Assembly: GCF_902652985.1 (NCBI RefSeq)
Contig: NC_047016.1
Location: 11,408,001 to 11,472,000 of the forward strand
Source of the DNA: Pecten maximus
Taxonomy: Eukaryota
Direction of reading: 5' to 3'
DNA: 64,000 nt
Part shown: positions 11,955 through 24,620 of the stretch, piece after piece
How positions within the stretch are numbered: position 1 is the stretch's first letter
Layout: each line of letters opens with the position of its first letter
Program-made: the position numbers and the translations under genes
The notes under the pieces: generated by a model
Databases searched by the model: none
Told to the model about the DNA's origin: nothing
What the model saw: only the letters and a program-made list of their open reading frames with translations

Positions 11955-12235
11955 GTTTAACTTTCAAGCCGGAGTCATTTTGAAGCAAGTCTCCTTATAG
12001 TAACTGGTGGCTACCTCACTCAACAACAGGAAGGACCAACTGTATTCTATCCAGAGCAATTGAGATAAAGAGTCTTTCTAATGACAAAACCAAAACCACA
12101 CCGGCACAGACTAATTTGTGATCTCAGCATCCTGACAAACACAAACTACTTTAAGGTAAGAATTGAACCACACCCCTCAGATTTTTGTCCCAAGATGCAT
12201 TAGTTCGATGCTGTTACTGAGCAATGCATCTCCCA
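11955..12235 (-). mobile_element. Degenerate SINE-like dispersed repeat (related copies at ~49990-50290 and ~53580-53660)
   Basis: Shared tag(a/c)ctggtggctac(c/a)tcact motif across the three loci; the 50 kb copy has a CORE-like ccttaggtaagctactttacccc on the - strand. Confidence 0.5.
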
Positions 12236-12491
12236 GGTTTTTGGTGAATGCAATGTGCATTTCTCACTATTTCTATAACTATATAAAACTTTAATAAACA
12301 AAATCCTCAAAAAAGCGAAGTCCTAAACATATAAGAAAAAAAAAAAAGAAAAAATGTTCACAAACCAAATCCATACCATCATCTTTAGACCCCATTACTG
12401 AGGATCATAACATATTTATCTCTGACTGAACTGAACAAGAAAAGTTGTACCTAAACTTTAAATGCAAAAAATTGAAGCAAACCTAACTTAC

Positions 12492-12544
12492 CCCAAATTC
12501 AAAATCTTTAACTTCATCATGGAATTGATCGTACTTGGGATTTC
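12492..12544 (-). CDS. RSU1: RSU1 coding exon 4
   Basis: ttcag|EIPSTINSMMKLKILNLG|gtaagt; 53 nt. Confidence 0.9.
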
Positions 12545-12954
12545 CTGAAAGGTAAATACTATAACTATTATCCAGCTGCACATTCAAACAGTTGATATCA
12601 GCAATGATTTCAAGTTTCTAGGGGTTTATTCACAGCGTTTGATCTTTATATTGATACATGCAGAAATAATTGATTTAATGTGAAGGAGGATGTGCATTCA
12701 AACAAAGGCTGTAAATTTCAGAAACACTGGCAACATGGAAATTTGGCATTCACATAAATGAACTTTTATATAATCTAATTCTCATTATCATAAAGAAACA
12801 GGGTCTTGTTGGATGATAGGCTAGTCATTATACATCCTTTATATTTCAGTTGTAAATCAGTTACAGGTACGTACAAATTACAATGTAATATTTTCAGTAA
12901 AACAGGTGCCCATTGATAATATAATTACATATCATCCAATCAATGTTAACCAAC

Positions 12955-13022
12955 CTTAACATGATTATTGAAGAGATTCAGGTTTTCCAGGTTAGCTAAC
13001 TCTGTGATGTTGGCAGGAATTG
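12955..13022 (-). CDS. RSU1: RSU1 coding exon 3
   Basis: tgtag|AIPANITELANLENLNLFNNHVK|gttggt; 68 nt. Confidence 0.9.
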
Positions 13023-13091
13023 CTACAATTTTTCAAAATAAAAATAAGTTTATCTGATAGAAACAAATACCTCTGCTTGTCATAAATATAT

Positions 13092-14951
13092 AGAAGAGGC
13101 CCATGGGCCTTAACGGTCATCTGACAAACACTTACACTCACAGCAGGGACACACACCCCAATCCAGCATTATTACCATAAATTATTTATCGCAGCCAGTT
13201 ATGTTTTAGATCAAATTTGGTTTTTATCCATTTAGCTTGTCCAGGAAGAGCAGCATCATAAAGCAAAATTTTAGCCAAGTTCCCATTTTTGGGGCATGCC
13301 CCTCTGTCCCAATGGGTCAGACAAGACTCATTTATATCAATTAGGATTGCCTTTCCCCAATGATGTTTCATACTAAATATGGTTGTAATCAATTCAGGCA
13401 TTAAGGAGGAATTGCATTTTTAAGAAATGTTTAACCTAAGCGCTCCTTTTGCCCCATCTTTTTTTCCCCAGGGGTCAAACCTGTCTCATTAAAAAATATG
13501 ATTGCCGTCACCTTATGTTTCACATCAAATTTGGTTGTAATCCACCAAAAGGTTAGGGAGGATTAGGATTTAACAGCAAATATTCACCAAAGTTCCCCTT
13601 TTGGGGCCCTGCCCCTCAGGCCCCAGGGGTCACACTAGCCTCGTTTATATAAAATATGACCATCCTTCCCAAAGGATGTTTCACACCATATTTCGTATTA
13701 ATCCACCCAACGGTTAGAGAGAAGTAGGATTTATAGCAAAAATTCACCAAAGTTCCCCTTTTGGGGCCCCGCCCCTCTGGCCCTAGGGGTCAAACCAGCC
13801 TCATTTATATAAAATATGATTGTCCTCCTCCAATGATGTTTCACACCAAATTTGGTAATAATTCACTATGGGTGTTAGGAGGAGTAGGATTTTACAGCAA
13901 AATTTCATCAAAGTTCCCCTTTTGGGGCCCCGCCCCTCTGGCCCCAGGGGCCACACCAGCCTCATTTATATAAAATATGACCACCCTTCACCAATGATGT
14001 TTCACACAATATCTGGTTGAAATCCACCAAAGGGTTAAGGACGAGTAGGATTTTATAGCAAAATTTCATCAAAGTTCCCTTTTTTGGGCCCGTCACTCTG
14101 GCCCCAGGGCTCACACCAGCCTCATTTATATAAAATATGACCACCCTCCCCCAATGATGTTTCACAACATATCTGGTTGAAATCTACTAAAGGGTTAAGG
14201 AGGAGTAGGATTTTATAGCAAAATTTCATCAAAGTTCCCCATTTGGGGCCCCACCCCTCAGGCCCCAGGGGTCACACTAGCCTCATTTATATAAAATATG
14301 ACCGCCCTCCCCAAATGATGTTTCACAACATATCTGGTTGAAATCCACTAAAGGGTTAAGGAGGAGTAGGATTTTATAGCAAAATTTCATCAAAGTTCCC
14401 CATTTGGGGCCCCGCCCCTTAGGCCCTAGTGGTCACACCAGCCTCATTTATATAAAATATGACCGCCCTCCCCAAATGATGTTTCACAACATATCTGGTT
14501 GAAATCCACTAAAGGGTTAAGGAGGAGTAGGATTTCATAGCAAAATTTCATCAAAGTTCCCTTTTTGGGGCCCCGCCCCTCAGGCCCCAGGGGTCACACC
14601 AACTTCATTTATATAAAATATGACCGCCCTCCCCCAATGATGTTTCACACCAAATTTAGTTGTACTCCACCTAAGGGTAAAGGAGGAGTAGGATTTTATA
14701 GCAATATTCACCTAAGTTCCCTTTTTGGGGCCCCGCCCTTCTGGCCCCAGGGGTCAGACCAGCCTCATTTATATAAAATATGATTGCCCTCCCCCAATGA
14801 TGCTTCAAACCAAATTTGGAAGTAATCCACCCAAGCGTTAAGGAGGAGTAGCGTTTTGAAAGAAAAAGTTTACGGACGGCGCACGGCGGACGACGACGGA
14901 CGAAGCACGATGACTATAGGTCATCCTGACCCTTTGGGTCAGATGACCTAA
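13092..14951 (+). mobile_element. Non-autonomous Helentron/HINE (pearl/DINE-1-like) element carrying ~9 tandem 161-bp satellite units
   Basis: 5' gaggcccatgggccttaacggtcatctgac; 161-bp periodic core (aagttccc at about 13590, 13750, 13911, 14072...); (gacg)n microsatellite; 3' hairpin aggtcatcctgaccctttgggtcagatgacct complementary to the 5' ggtcatctgac. Confidence 0.75.
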
Positions 14952-15657
14952 TAATGTAATACAACATAGCATTAACAGGGTCGCTTGTCATGTTGTTCTG
15001 TACGTATCAGATTTAATCAGGTTGAATTCAGGAATTGTGGTCCAATTAAAAGTGACAGAGAGGCCTTATTTATCTGTATTTTATTTTGTACCTTAGGTAA
15101 CTTAACACACAAAGCACTAAAACACTGACTTTGCATAAGATGCTAGCTCCTGTTGAATAACTGTATGACACTAGCAAACTGAGAGGTATACATTTTATTT
15201 CAGAATTTATTAATTAGAGTACAACCCTGTAGTTATTTCTCCACATTTGACAATCATGAGGGGAAGCAATCTAAATATAAAATGTACATTTACATGTTAC
15301 ATTATGCATATAACATCATATTCCAGTGTTTAATTGATCAAATCTAAGATACAAAAAAAAAAAGTAAAATATAAAGTATTTCCACCTACCTACCCTGGTT
15401 TTTTTTGGCACGTTAGTGGAAACACAGCTAATTTTTTTGCCTCAACTGTAAAACTATTTAGACTTATTCAATTTGGAGCCTTGTGAAATAGTTGTGACTG
15501 CACATAGTGAGGCAGTAATTCGTTATTTTTTAAAAAGAAAAATCCAAATTGCTAAAAAATTATTAGTGAAGACAATGAGATTTTCAGTTTTCAATAAATT
15601 ATTGTATTGCATATCATAATATGACTATATATAACCAGTACATAACCCATTGTTTAC

Positions 15658-15708
15658 CTGTTATTTTATTATGTGTCAGAGTAAGTCTGGTGATGTGCTG
15701 CAAATCCA
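15658..15708 (-). CDS. RSU1: RSU1 coding exon 2
   Basis: ttcag|..LDLQHITRLTLTHNKIT|gtaaac; 51 nt, phase-compatible; LRR like human TLSHITQLVLSHNKLT. Confidence 0.92.
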
Positions 15709-16344
15709 CTGAAATAGAAGAAATCAAACTTAATCACAACTGTTTAAATTATGTTAAACAATACTCTGTGTAGATTCTGAATAGACAATCAGCTATGCAA
15801 TCAACCTTATTGACAAATATGCCAACTCTAGACACTTAAAGAGACATTACTTCATCTGAATACAGTTTAGGTTGTCAAAATTAAACTTACTGGAAAATAT
15901 GTATTTTTTCCATGTAGTAAAAGTTATAATCTCTACATTACTCTCAAGATAAACCAAAATTCTTTGAGTAATTATATAATAAGTCCTGAAAATTCTTAAT
16001 TCGAACCGAAGTATCACTAATTACTGCAAAGACATACAGTATTTGTATATAATACGCCTTTCTCTTGTACATTTCGGCGTTAATTTCATTGCATGTAGGC
16101 ACAAACACTCGTATTATCGCCATTCAGGTATAGATTTCAGCAATAGAAATTGTGCATATTTCTGATGTCCGAACGAAAGAATATGCCCTTTTAACCTGGT
16201 GTGTATATATATATAACTGGTCATCAAGCTAAACTGGAGAGCTGCTGTTATGGGAAAGCATGAACTTGATCCAGATATGTGTTGTGTGTACATACTTAGC
16301 AAAATTTAAAAGGACACCCAAACATGGATAGTCTATAATAATAT

Positions 16345-16436
16345 CATCTACCCTAGCCAAGGTTTCTGATTACGTTACACTCCATGTTTGTGAAGTGTAC
16401 ATGTAACGTAATCAGAAGCCTTGGCTAGCGAAGATG
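16345..16436. mobile_element. Small palindromic MITE (family copy 1)
   Basis: ctagccaaggtttctgattacgttaca ... tgtaacgtaatcagaagccttggctag inverted repeats; second copy at 32751. Confidence 0.75.
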
Positions 16437-16960
16437 TAATAATAGGAGAAAAAAAAGTTTTCAACACACAAGTCCCTACAACACTTTCCATTGGTATTTT
16501 TAGCTGGGTGACAAATGGATTAAAGAGGAAAAATGCAATGACTAGTGCGGGACTTAGACTTGAACCTGTGAAGTGTAAATAAGCTATAGACAGACACATT
16601 AACCATTTGAGCTATATATAACACAAAACCCAAAACCACCTTCTGAGAGTAATTTTAGTTGGGCAGATGGCCATCAACTTGACACTGATACCTGTTGATG
16701 CAGAAAACAACCATGGGGAGCACGAGAGGAGAAATAGAGTGAAGCATTAGACTAGTAAATAAGTTTGTTTAGACTTTATATTTGATAACACCAAACCCTG
16801 TAATTGTAGACCATCACGTTTACGGTGTAGCAAATAGACATTTTCGCTACAAAAAATATTCTCAATCGTATCCCACTAAAGAAAATTCATCCCTTAAATT
16901 CAGAGTTTCAAAGCTGCGCGTGAAAGAAATATACTATTTAGGTATGATTTCTTGGTGTTA

Positions 16961-17909
16961 TGTTAAAGGTTACTGTAGTATTTTCTCTATTAGTGTAGTA
17001 TTTTTCTATTTTCTGTTATGCCATCTTTGCTTTAGGAATTTTAATAGCCGGTCTATCTGTTGACCGTTGGTAATTAGATGGGGGGGGTGGGGAGGGGACA
17101 CATCGGGATGATAATCCGTGAAGTAATCAATTCACCACGCCCGTGGCAGTAATTGGCTGTTCGGCTCCCGTTCATGTTTATTGCCCCTGTCAGAGAGGTA
17201 TTAATCGCCTCTCATCCCTATTACCCTCTACAAATGGCTGGACCCGTCTGGGAGCTCCAGTGATGCCCCATCTATATTACAAATGGTCAACATTTACTCG
17301 CGGCTAATTGTTTTTTTAAGTGTTATGTACATTAGTATTTACACATTTAAGTGAACCGGAGTGGAAGGCTCCGGCACAGGTGCGCACTGCTCCGGCAGCG
17401 CTCCTGCAGGTTCTGGTATAAAAGGGGTGAAAGCGAGAGAGAAGTTCGGGGAGTTGGAGTTGGAGTGCCTAGGTGTTACTTTGTTGGATGTTACTACGTG
17501 TTTTGATGAGAGCGAGAGTGGTGTTGCTAGTATATATGCTCTGTACACTGCTGATGTTGCTGAATATACATAGATTGAAACTTTACAACGGTGTTGAAGT
17601 GTGTTTCTCAACGACCCACTATCTATTTCTAAACTCAGGTATTGTGGCGGGTGTCTGATGCTACCTTGAGGACACCTACCGCGGGCTGCGGGACTTTGAT
17701 TATAGTTCCCCGGTTATTTCGCTATATTACTATCTAACTTTTTATTAAAAATTTAACGACACTTTGAATGAAATTGACCAATTTTTGCAGGACGGAGGAG
17801 TTCCAGACCTTTCTCTTTATTAGTCTATAATCGGTCTTTGACTTATAAACGTGCTAAACACTTATGCACGGCGCCTGTCATAAGTTTCTCGTCGTGTTAT
17901 CCTCTAACA
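16961..17909 (+). mobile_element. Candidate solo LTR in RSU1 intron 1
   Basis: TG...CA ends with inverted termini tgttaaaggtta / tatcctctaaca (10 of 12 match), internal TATAAAAGG near 17418, ATTAAA near 17744, GC-richer than its flanks. No exact TSD. Confidence 0.4.
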
Positions 17910-18094
17910 TTGTTGGAGTATAGGCCTCTTGCTCTTAGTTATTGAGAAGATGTTGTTTAAATGGAAAAGTTGACGCCGGACATACGTGCCAAGGAATAAG
18001 CTCACTTGCCCTTTGGAAAGGTGAGCTAAAAGTTAAAATATACCACACAAGACAAACACTCAAGATCGAATCAGCAGGAGGCAACGATACTTAC

Positions 18095-18203
18095 ACAGTC
18101 CTTGCACTTCCGACAAGTTCGCGATGGACTTGTCTACAAGCTCCAAATCGGGATTTTTCGATTCCCTGTTCTCATCAACATACTTTTTAGACTTCCCTGC
18201 CAT
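18095..18203 (-). CDS. RSU1: Ras suppressor protein 1 (LRR protein), coding exon 1 of 9
   Basis: ATG at 18203 reads MAGKSKKYVDENRESKNPDLELVDKSIANLSEVQGL, then a GTAAGT donor; resembles the RSU1 N-terminus (MSKSLKKLVEESREKNQPEVDM...). 109 nt. Confidence 0.92.
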
Positions 18204-18620
18204 GCTCAAGTTCCCAGTTGTTCTATATAAGATCGCTAGTGACTAATTTGTTCACCAAACTTCACTGATGTCCCGTTTTGGAAGAAATCAAAACCGGAAA
18301 TGCCTTGCAACAGCTTTATTATCAAATACATCCGAGGTATGTAGTACCTTGTGAAAATTACATGGAAATGAAGTATATGAAGTATATTCCATTTGATTTT
18401 GAAATAATGAATATATTATGAAATGAATTTATACTGAACACTTCTAGATATTTAATATCAGACTCTAAACTGTCTTCCTGATTAAAAAAATATCTTTTGC
18501 GGAACGATATAATTTGTTCCGAACTACATTCAAGATGTCAGCGCCCATGATCTTTAGATCTACCCAAAGTTGAAGAAGGAAAAACTTAACATCGTTTTGC
18601 GAGACAAGGGTTTTAACAAT
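18204..18620. promoter_or_regulatory. Putative bidirectional promoter RSU1/CIAO1
   Basis: Head-to-head genes; about 0.4 kb between the RSU1 ATG and the first CIAO1 ATG candidate; ETS-like CCGGAA near 18294. Confidence 0.45.
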
Positions 18621-18621
18621 G
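18619..18621 (+). CDS. CIAO1: Candidate CIAO1 start codon at the end of a first exon (alternative candidate at 19453-19455)
   Basis: aacaATG|gtaata; splicing to 21060 gives MSRLECV. A second candidate, gcATG|gttagt, is at 19453. Confidence 0.45.
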
Positions 18622-19854
18622 GTAATACTAGCTGACAATTAGATGTTTACGTGTCAATCATTATTTTCACTTGGTTAGTTGTGTTGTCAAAAAATCATCC
18701 CTGAAAGTTGAGGCATGGTTTCCTTTTTTTTTTTTATATGTCACCAGTTTTGACGGATGTTACCTTACAAAACAAATTTACAATAGGCCTAGTTGATTAC
18801 ATTCCCTTGCTTTACGTACACTGTAGCTTATAACCCTTCATCCGACTTACAGCTAATTCAGCGATGTGATTCATTGTCACTGATGAAATAAATTTCATAA
18901 TGGATAAACTTTTATGTAACTTAAATTGTTAGTGTTAGGTGATATATATATATATGCAAATTGTCATGGAAATCAAAAGATCTATTTTCATTATCATAGT
19001 GCCGGTATCATTTTGAAAAAAAAATCAGACTAATGGTCTTCATAGTTCAATGAAATTATGTTAAACTCGTGAAACCAGAAGTGCGAACTGAAGTAATTCC
19101 TATCACTGTATACGTACCGTTCAACCGTTAAATAGTGAAGTTTTGGTCTATTTTCAGAAATTTGATTATTCAATTTTACCTCAAACTCTGCTGTTGAACT
19201 ATTTTTCTTAAAGAATGGCTACTTTCTATGATCAGAGTTCTTTATAGTGCCTAAGAGCATTATTTGGAAGATTGAAATGCCTCCCTATATGCCAAAAATG
19301 ACTGTGTTATATAATTTACAGCCGCCATTTGCGTTTCAAGGTAAAAAAAGAATTGACATTTATGCTTTTATAAAGTAAAATCTGGTCAAACAAGTGCTCA
19401 CACCACCTGCTGTAGACACTTCTGACCATAACCAGAGACATGCCACAACAGCATGGTTAGTTTGTGCAATAAGTTTGATCTACTGGTACATGAGCTTTAT
19501 TTGTTCTGCTGAAACTTGCATTTTACGCTTGTTTTGGCGAAATTAGTAGGTAGCTTACAAATTAAATGTCAAAATCAAGACCCATAGATAGCCATGACAT
19601 ATTATTAACAATTGTTCAAGTTACTTCTGTTTAATTGAAACAGTATGGTGATTTTTAATCTGGAAAAATATCACTTGATTTACTATTTAGATGAACCATA
19701 AAAACAAAACAAAAATTGGAATCGGAAAGTGTCACTTTACCACCATTTTTGCCCTAAATAATGATCGCTCCCTACAGAGATAATGTAAAAAAAAAAAGGT
19801 GACGAAAGTGACGGAGTGTCTGCGGATCAACACTGTTACGTTGTATCAATTTTT

Positions 19855-20870
19855 CCATCTATAAGCTTGAGAGGAATTTATGCCATACCATGATGTCCAG
19901 CGTCTGTCTGTCAACAATTACCTTGTAAACGTGAGAACTTGAGTAAATATCAAATAAGTTTGATGAAACTTTGTATGCAGTTAGATATCATCAAGATCAT
20001 GAATGAGATCGAAAATGGGAAATATTGGACAGTAACATAAAGAGTTATTGCCCTCTGTAAAAATATTATTATAAGACCTTGTGAACGCGATAAATGGAGT
20101 AAAGAACAACAAAGCTTGGTGAAACTTTGTATGTAGATATATATCAACAAGATCTCTGACGAGTTCCAAAAATTGGAAATTATTAAACAGTTTTTTACAG
20201 AGTTATTGCCTTTTGTAATAATATTATTATTAGACCTTGTGAACACAATAACTGGTGGAAATATTAACCAAGTTTGATGAAACTTTGTATGTAGCCATAA
20301 ATTGACGTCACAAGATCTCCGTCGACTTCAAAAATGGGAATTACACGACAGTAACTTATAGAGTTATTGCCCTTTGTAATAATATTATAATTGGACCCTG
20401 TGAGCAAGATAACAGTAAACTTTATTAAATATCAACCAAGTTTGATGAAACTTTGTATGAAGCCATATTATATCGACAAGATCTCGGATGAATACAAAAA
20501 TGGGAATTATTCAACTTTAATTGACAGAGTAATTTTCCTTTGTAATAATATTATTGACCTTTGTGAACATGAAAACTGGAGTAAATATCAATCACATTTG
20601 ATGAAACTTTGTATGTAGCCATATATCGACAAGATCTCATTCGAGTTTGAAAATGGGAATTGTTTGACAGTAATTTACAGAGTTACTGTCCTTTGTATTA
20701 ATATCATTATGAAGAAATTTTTTTGGTTCACCTGGGATGAAGGTTTATCTTTTTAAAACGCTACAAGTCCAGAATAACTCGATGAATTTTGATGAAATTT
20801 GATCTGAAGAATTATTTGCATGGTGTATAAATGGAGGAATTGACACCCCCTATGGACCTCTAGTTTTTAT
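19855..20870. mobile_element. Degenerate HINE-like element with ~160-bp internal tandem units
   Basis: aagtttgatgaaactttgtatg recurs five times at about 155-168 bp spacing, preceded by a ctgt microsatellite. Confidence 0.55.
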
Positions 20871-21059
20871 TACTGTACAAAGTACGCTTCAATGCACATG
20901 CATATTTTCCCATAAACACTGTAAAGAGTTCAGCTTTCATTTGTCATTTGTGTACCTTGCCAAAAGTAATATTGTATTTTAAGTTTTAGAATGTGTTATA
21001 TATACTGAAAATGAAATAACATTGAACTTTATACATGAAATTAGTTTTGTGTATTACAG

Positions 21060-21450
21060 TCTAGACTGGAATGTGTGTCAGTCTTAGAAGGTCACCAGGA
21101 CCGGGTGTGGTGTGTCAAGTGGAACCCCTCTGGAACTATTTTGGCTTCATGTGGGGGTGATAAGACTGTCCGCATCTGGGGCCTAGAGGGGGACAAGTGG
21201 GTATGTAAGACAGTTCTAGAAGATGGCCACCAGAGAACAGTCAGGTCTGTTGCGTGGTCTCCATGTGGGAACTATCTATCTACTGCAAGTTTTGATGCTA
21301 CCACAGGGATCTGGAGTCGCAAAGAGGGAGAATTTGAGTGTATAGCTTCTCTTGAAGGTCATGAAAATGAGGTCAAGTGTGGGGCATGGTCTCCAGGTGG
21401 CAGCCTCCTGGCAACATGTAGTCGTGACAAAAGTGTGTGGATATGGGAAG
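21060..21450 (+). CDS. CIAO1: Cytosolic iron-sulfur assembly protein CIAO1 (WD40), main coding exon A
   Basis: tacag|[41 protein letters not shown]...GHENEVK...[11 protein letters not shown]|gtaaaa. Phase-0 acceptor, so the initiator ATG lies in an upstream exon. Confidence 0.95.
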
Positions 21451-21715
21451 GTAAAAACTTTAAATAATTTTTCATTGATACAATAATCCATCCAAGATTT
21501 AATTCATCAAATGATCTATAATAGGGATAAAGACCTTTTCGAGGAGCATTGCTCAAATAGATTTCCACATGCATGAAATAGTCATAAGGTAATGACACTT
21601 ATGAATGTATTTGCTCTGATCATGACAGAGCCATACTAACAATTACAAAATTGTGACACTGTGGATTGATATAATATGCACTATATTAAATATTAACATT
21701 GTGTTGTATTGACAG

Positions 21716-22326
21716 TGACAGAGGATGAGGAGTATGAGTGTGCCAGTGTCCTGAGTTCCCATACCCAAGATGTAAAGTGTGTTACCTGGCACCCAAACAA
21801 GGAGATCCTTGCCTCCTGTAGCTATGACAACACCATCAAACTCTTCAAGGAGGACACTGATGACTGGACCTGCTTTGCCACCATGGAATCCCATGATTCC
21901 ACCGTATGGAAAATATGCTTTGATAAATCTGGATCGAGACTTGCATCCTGTAGTGATGACCAGACATTGAAGATATGGCAGGAGTACCCCCCAGGTAACA
22001 CGGAGGGAGTGGCTACCACTGGTACTGATCCAACATGGAAATGTGTGTGTACCCTTTCCGGATACCATAACCGTGTCATCTACGATTTAGACTGGTGTCA
22101 CCTGACTGGTCACATAGCTACAGCATCTGGAGATGATGCTATACGGGTTTTTGTGGAGGAACCGAATTCTGACAAAAATCAGCCTGATTTCCGACTGGAA
22201 GTGACAGTTAACAAAGCCCACAGCCAGGATGTGAATTCTATTTCATGGCACCCTAAGGACCCTCAGTTACTAGCTTCCTGTAGTGATAATGGGGAGGTTA
22301 AATTGTGGAAATACTCAAAAGGCTGA
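21716..22326 (+). CDS. CIAO1: CIAO1 terminal coding exon
   Basis: gacag|VTEDEEYECASVLSSHTQDVKCVTWHP...LLASCSDNGEVKLWKYSKG*; WD40 repeats typical of CIAO1; about 334 aa in total with an upstream ATG. Confidence 0.95.
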
Positions 22327-23949
22327 ATTTTTAATCTATTCTTCATATGGTCATTAGGATTCATTAAGATTCTTTATTCCCCAGCACCATCAATAATGTT
22401 TATAAAATAGTTTTGCTGGTATGTTTTGCTGTAACTATAATAAAATGGCTTTAGTGTTGAAGGTACAGTGCACTTTAACATGAATAGCTTGAACATTAGA
22501 AAAATCTATTTTGATTGTGACTGTCCAAGAATAATTAAATAATGCACTGCTTAGACTGACCATTTTGTAGCAGGATTGATCTTGCTAAACTGTGTATTGT
22601 CTCGTAGTATTGTAGTTACCTCACTGATGACAACAGTCAAGATGAATGTATGTGTCTTAATATGCAGAGCTACATTATGTTCAGTTGAAATATAAAATGG
22701 ACAGATGAAAGATATTTTGATTGACAGGGACAGGTCACATCTGCATGTATGATTGAATATGCAACAGATGGTCAGACTGCCTGTATGTGTTCATAATAGA
22801 CTTATATAATATAAATTTGTAAAAAAAAATGTGATAATACAAGCTTTTGAGGAAAATAGACTTCAAAAAGGATTAACAATGCTTGTGATTTGTTCATAAA
22901 TGGTTCGATACATGATGGCAGTACATTTTGAGAAATGTTAAAGAGTTTTATATGTCACGAAGAAAGAATCTTCAATTCAAGATTGAAATTTATTGTCAGG
23001 AAAAAGCAGCTTAATTGATATCCCAGTTCTATCCCAACAGTTAAAAATAAAGTTATTACTGATTATCCACATTAACTGTTAACCATTAACTTAATTTTGT
23101 TGTCTATATTTGAATCCCACAGAGACTTGACACCAATTCCAATCTGTCGGACGATGTGTCTTATATATGTGATATACTGATATACTGTCTTGCTTTAAAT
23201 CAGAATAAGTATGATTATGTTTATGATTTTAATAACATTCAAATAAAATCATTCACAGTTATTAAAATTTGTATACAATTCTTTTTTTTCAAACAAAAGT
23301 TTTCAGCAACATTTGGATTGTGGAGGATGGTATGGTAAATATTAGCTGCGATAACGTACGTAGCTCTGGACGACGGACGAACAATTTCTGACAGATGGTC
23401 GTGCCGGAGAGCAGTGTAGGCAGGGTATGAATATTCGTTCTAGGTAAATATTAGTCCTGAAAACGTTAGGAAACACAACTACTGGTGATTTTATCATTTT
23501 GAATACATGTATTTATAAATACTAAGTCAGTATATATAAGGTGAGAACAGGCAAGCGATCACTCGTACACCTTTATCAGACCCTGTATATGAAAAACGAA
23601 ACCTGGGATGAGCAATAGATGCTGAACTTGCAGTCTGATCAAAATCAGCAGTTACATGGCTATATTGACTACGTACTTTGGCTATGGACCTCGCCGGCCC
23701 ATGCCTCCATCATACAGATAACAGTGACTCTAACCCCTGCTCATGAACCTCGAGCCAGTGCTTCCCAATACCTCAACAAGCCTGTCATCCCTCATTGACC
23801 AGTCCAACAAGACCTGACACACATAAATGGCAATGTGGAGGTGAGTAATGAAACAGAGTATCTGGTTAGTCACTGTTTGATATAATACATGTATGACCAT
23901 TATGTTTTAACATTAATTGAAAATTTGAGATAAAATTTAAAATAATTGA

Positions 23950-24620
23950 AAAGTGTTAATCATCCATGAAATGTTGATCATTTAACTGAAGAACTGACAA
24001 GAAGTGATAAAAGGAATAAGATTTTAAAGCGTAGTACGTAGTAAACATAGCCAAGTAACAGCTGATTTTAATCAGATAGCTTAACTTAAATTTTTCAAAA
24101 TTAGGTCACTTTGACCTACCTTTGAAAAAATTCCCACAGATCCATGAAAATTGACATCTTGGATGAGCAATAAATGCTGAACATGAATGTTACAAAATTA
24201 GGTCACAGTGACCTACTTTTCTAAACATTGCCATAGGACAATGACACTTGATATCTGGGATGAACAATAGATGCTAAACTTGCACTTTGCAAAATTATGT
24301 CACAGTGACCTACTTTTCTAAATGTTGCCATATGACAATGATAATTACCATCTAGGATGAGCAATAGATGCTGAACTTGACTTTTGCAAAATTAGATCAC
24401 AGTGACCAATGACATATTGCCATAGGTCATTGAAAATTGACATCTGGAAGGAGTAATAAATGCTGAACATGAATTTTGAAAACTTAGGTCACTGATCCTT
24501 TCTCGAATCTCTCAACAATTAAAACAATTTGTTTTTGTTGACAAAATGATAAATCAAGAAACCATTCACTGAACATCAGTTAACTGGACCATCGTGCTAC
24601 GAGGGCATTGGCCTCTTGTT
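23950..24620 (-). mobile_element. Degenerate HINE-like element with ~97-bp tandem units
   Basis: gatgagcaatagatgctgaac / aaaattaggtcacagtgacctac repeated; ends in ggcctcttgtt (aacaagaggcc on the - strand). Confidence 0.5.

Noticed and set aside
21075-21077. ORF-track starts for CIAO1 (21075, 21709), ABRACL (43494) and AGAP1 (46780)
   Set aside because: These are non-ATG or intronic starts; splice sites and homology give the boundaries reported above.
23345-23440. Imperfect hairpin (ctctggacgac...gtcgtgccggagag) downstream of CIAO1
   Set aside because: Too short and degenerate to call as a MITE or ncRNA from sequence alone.
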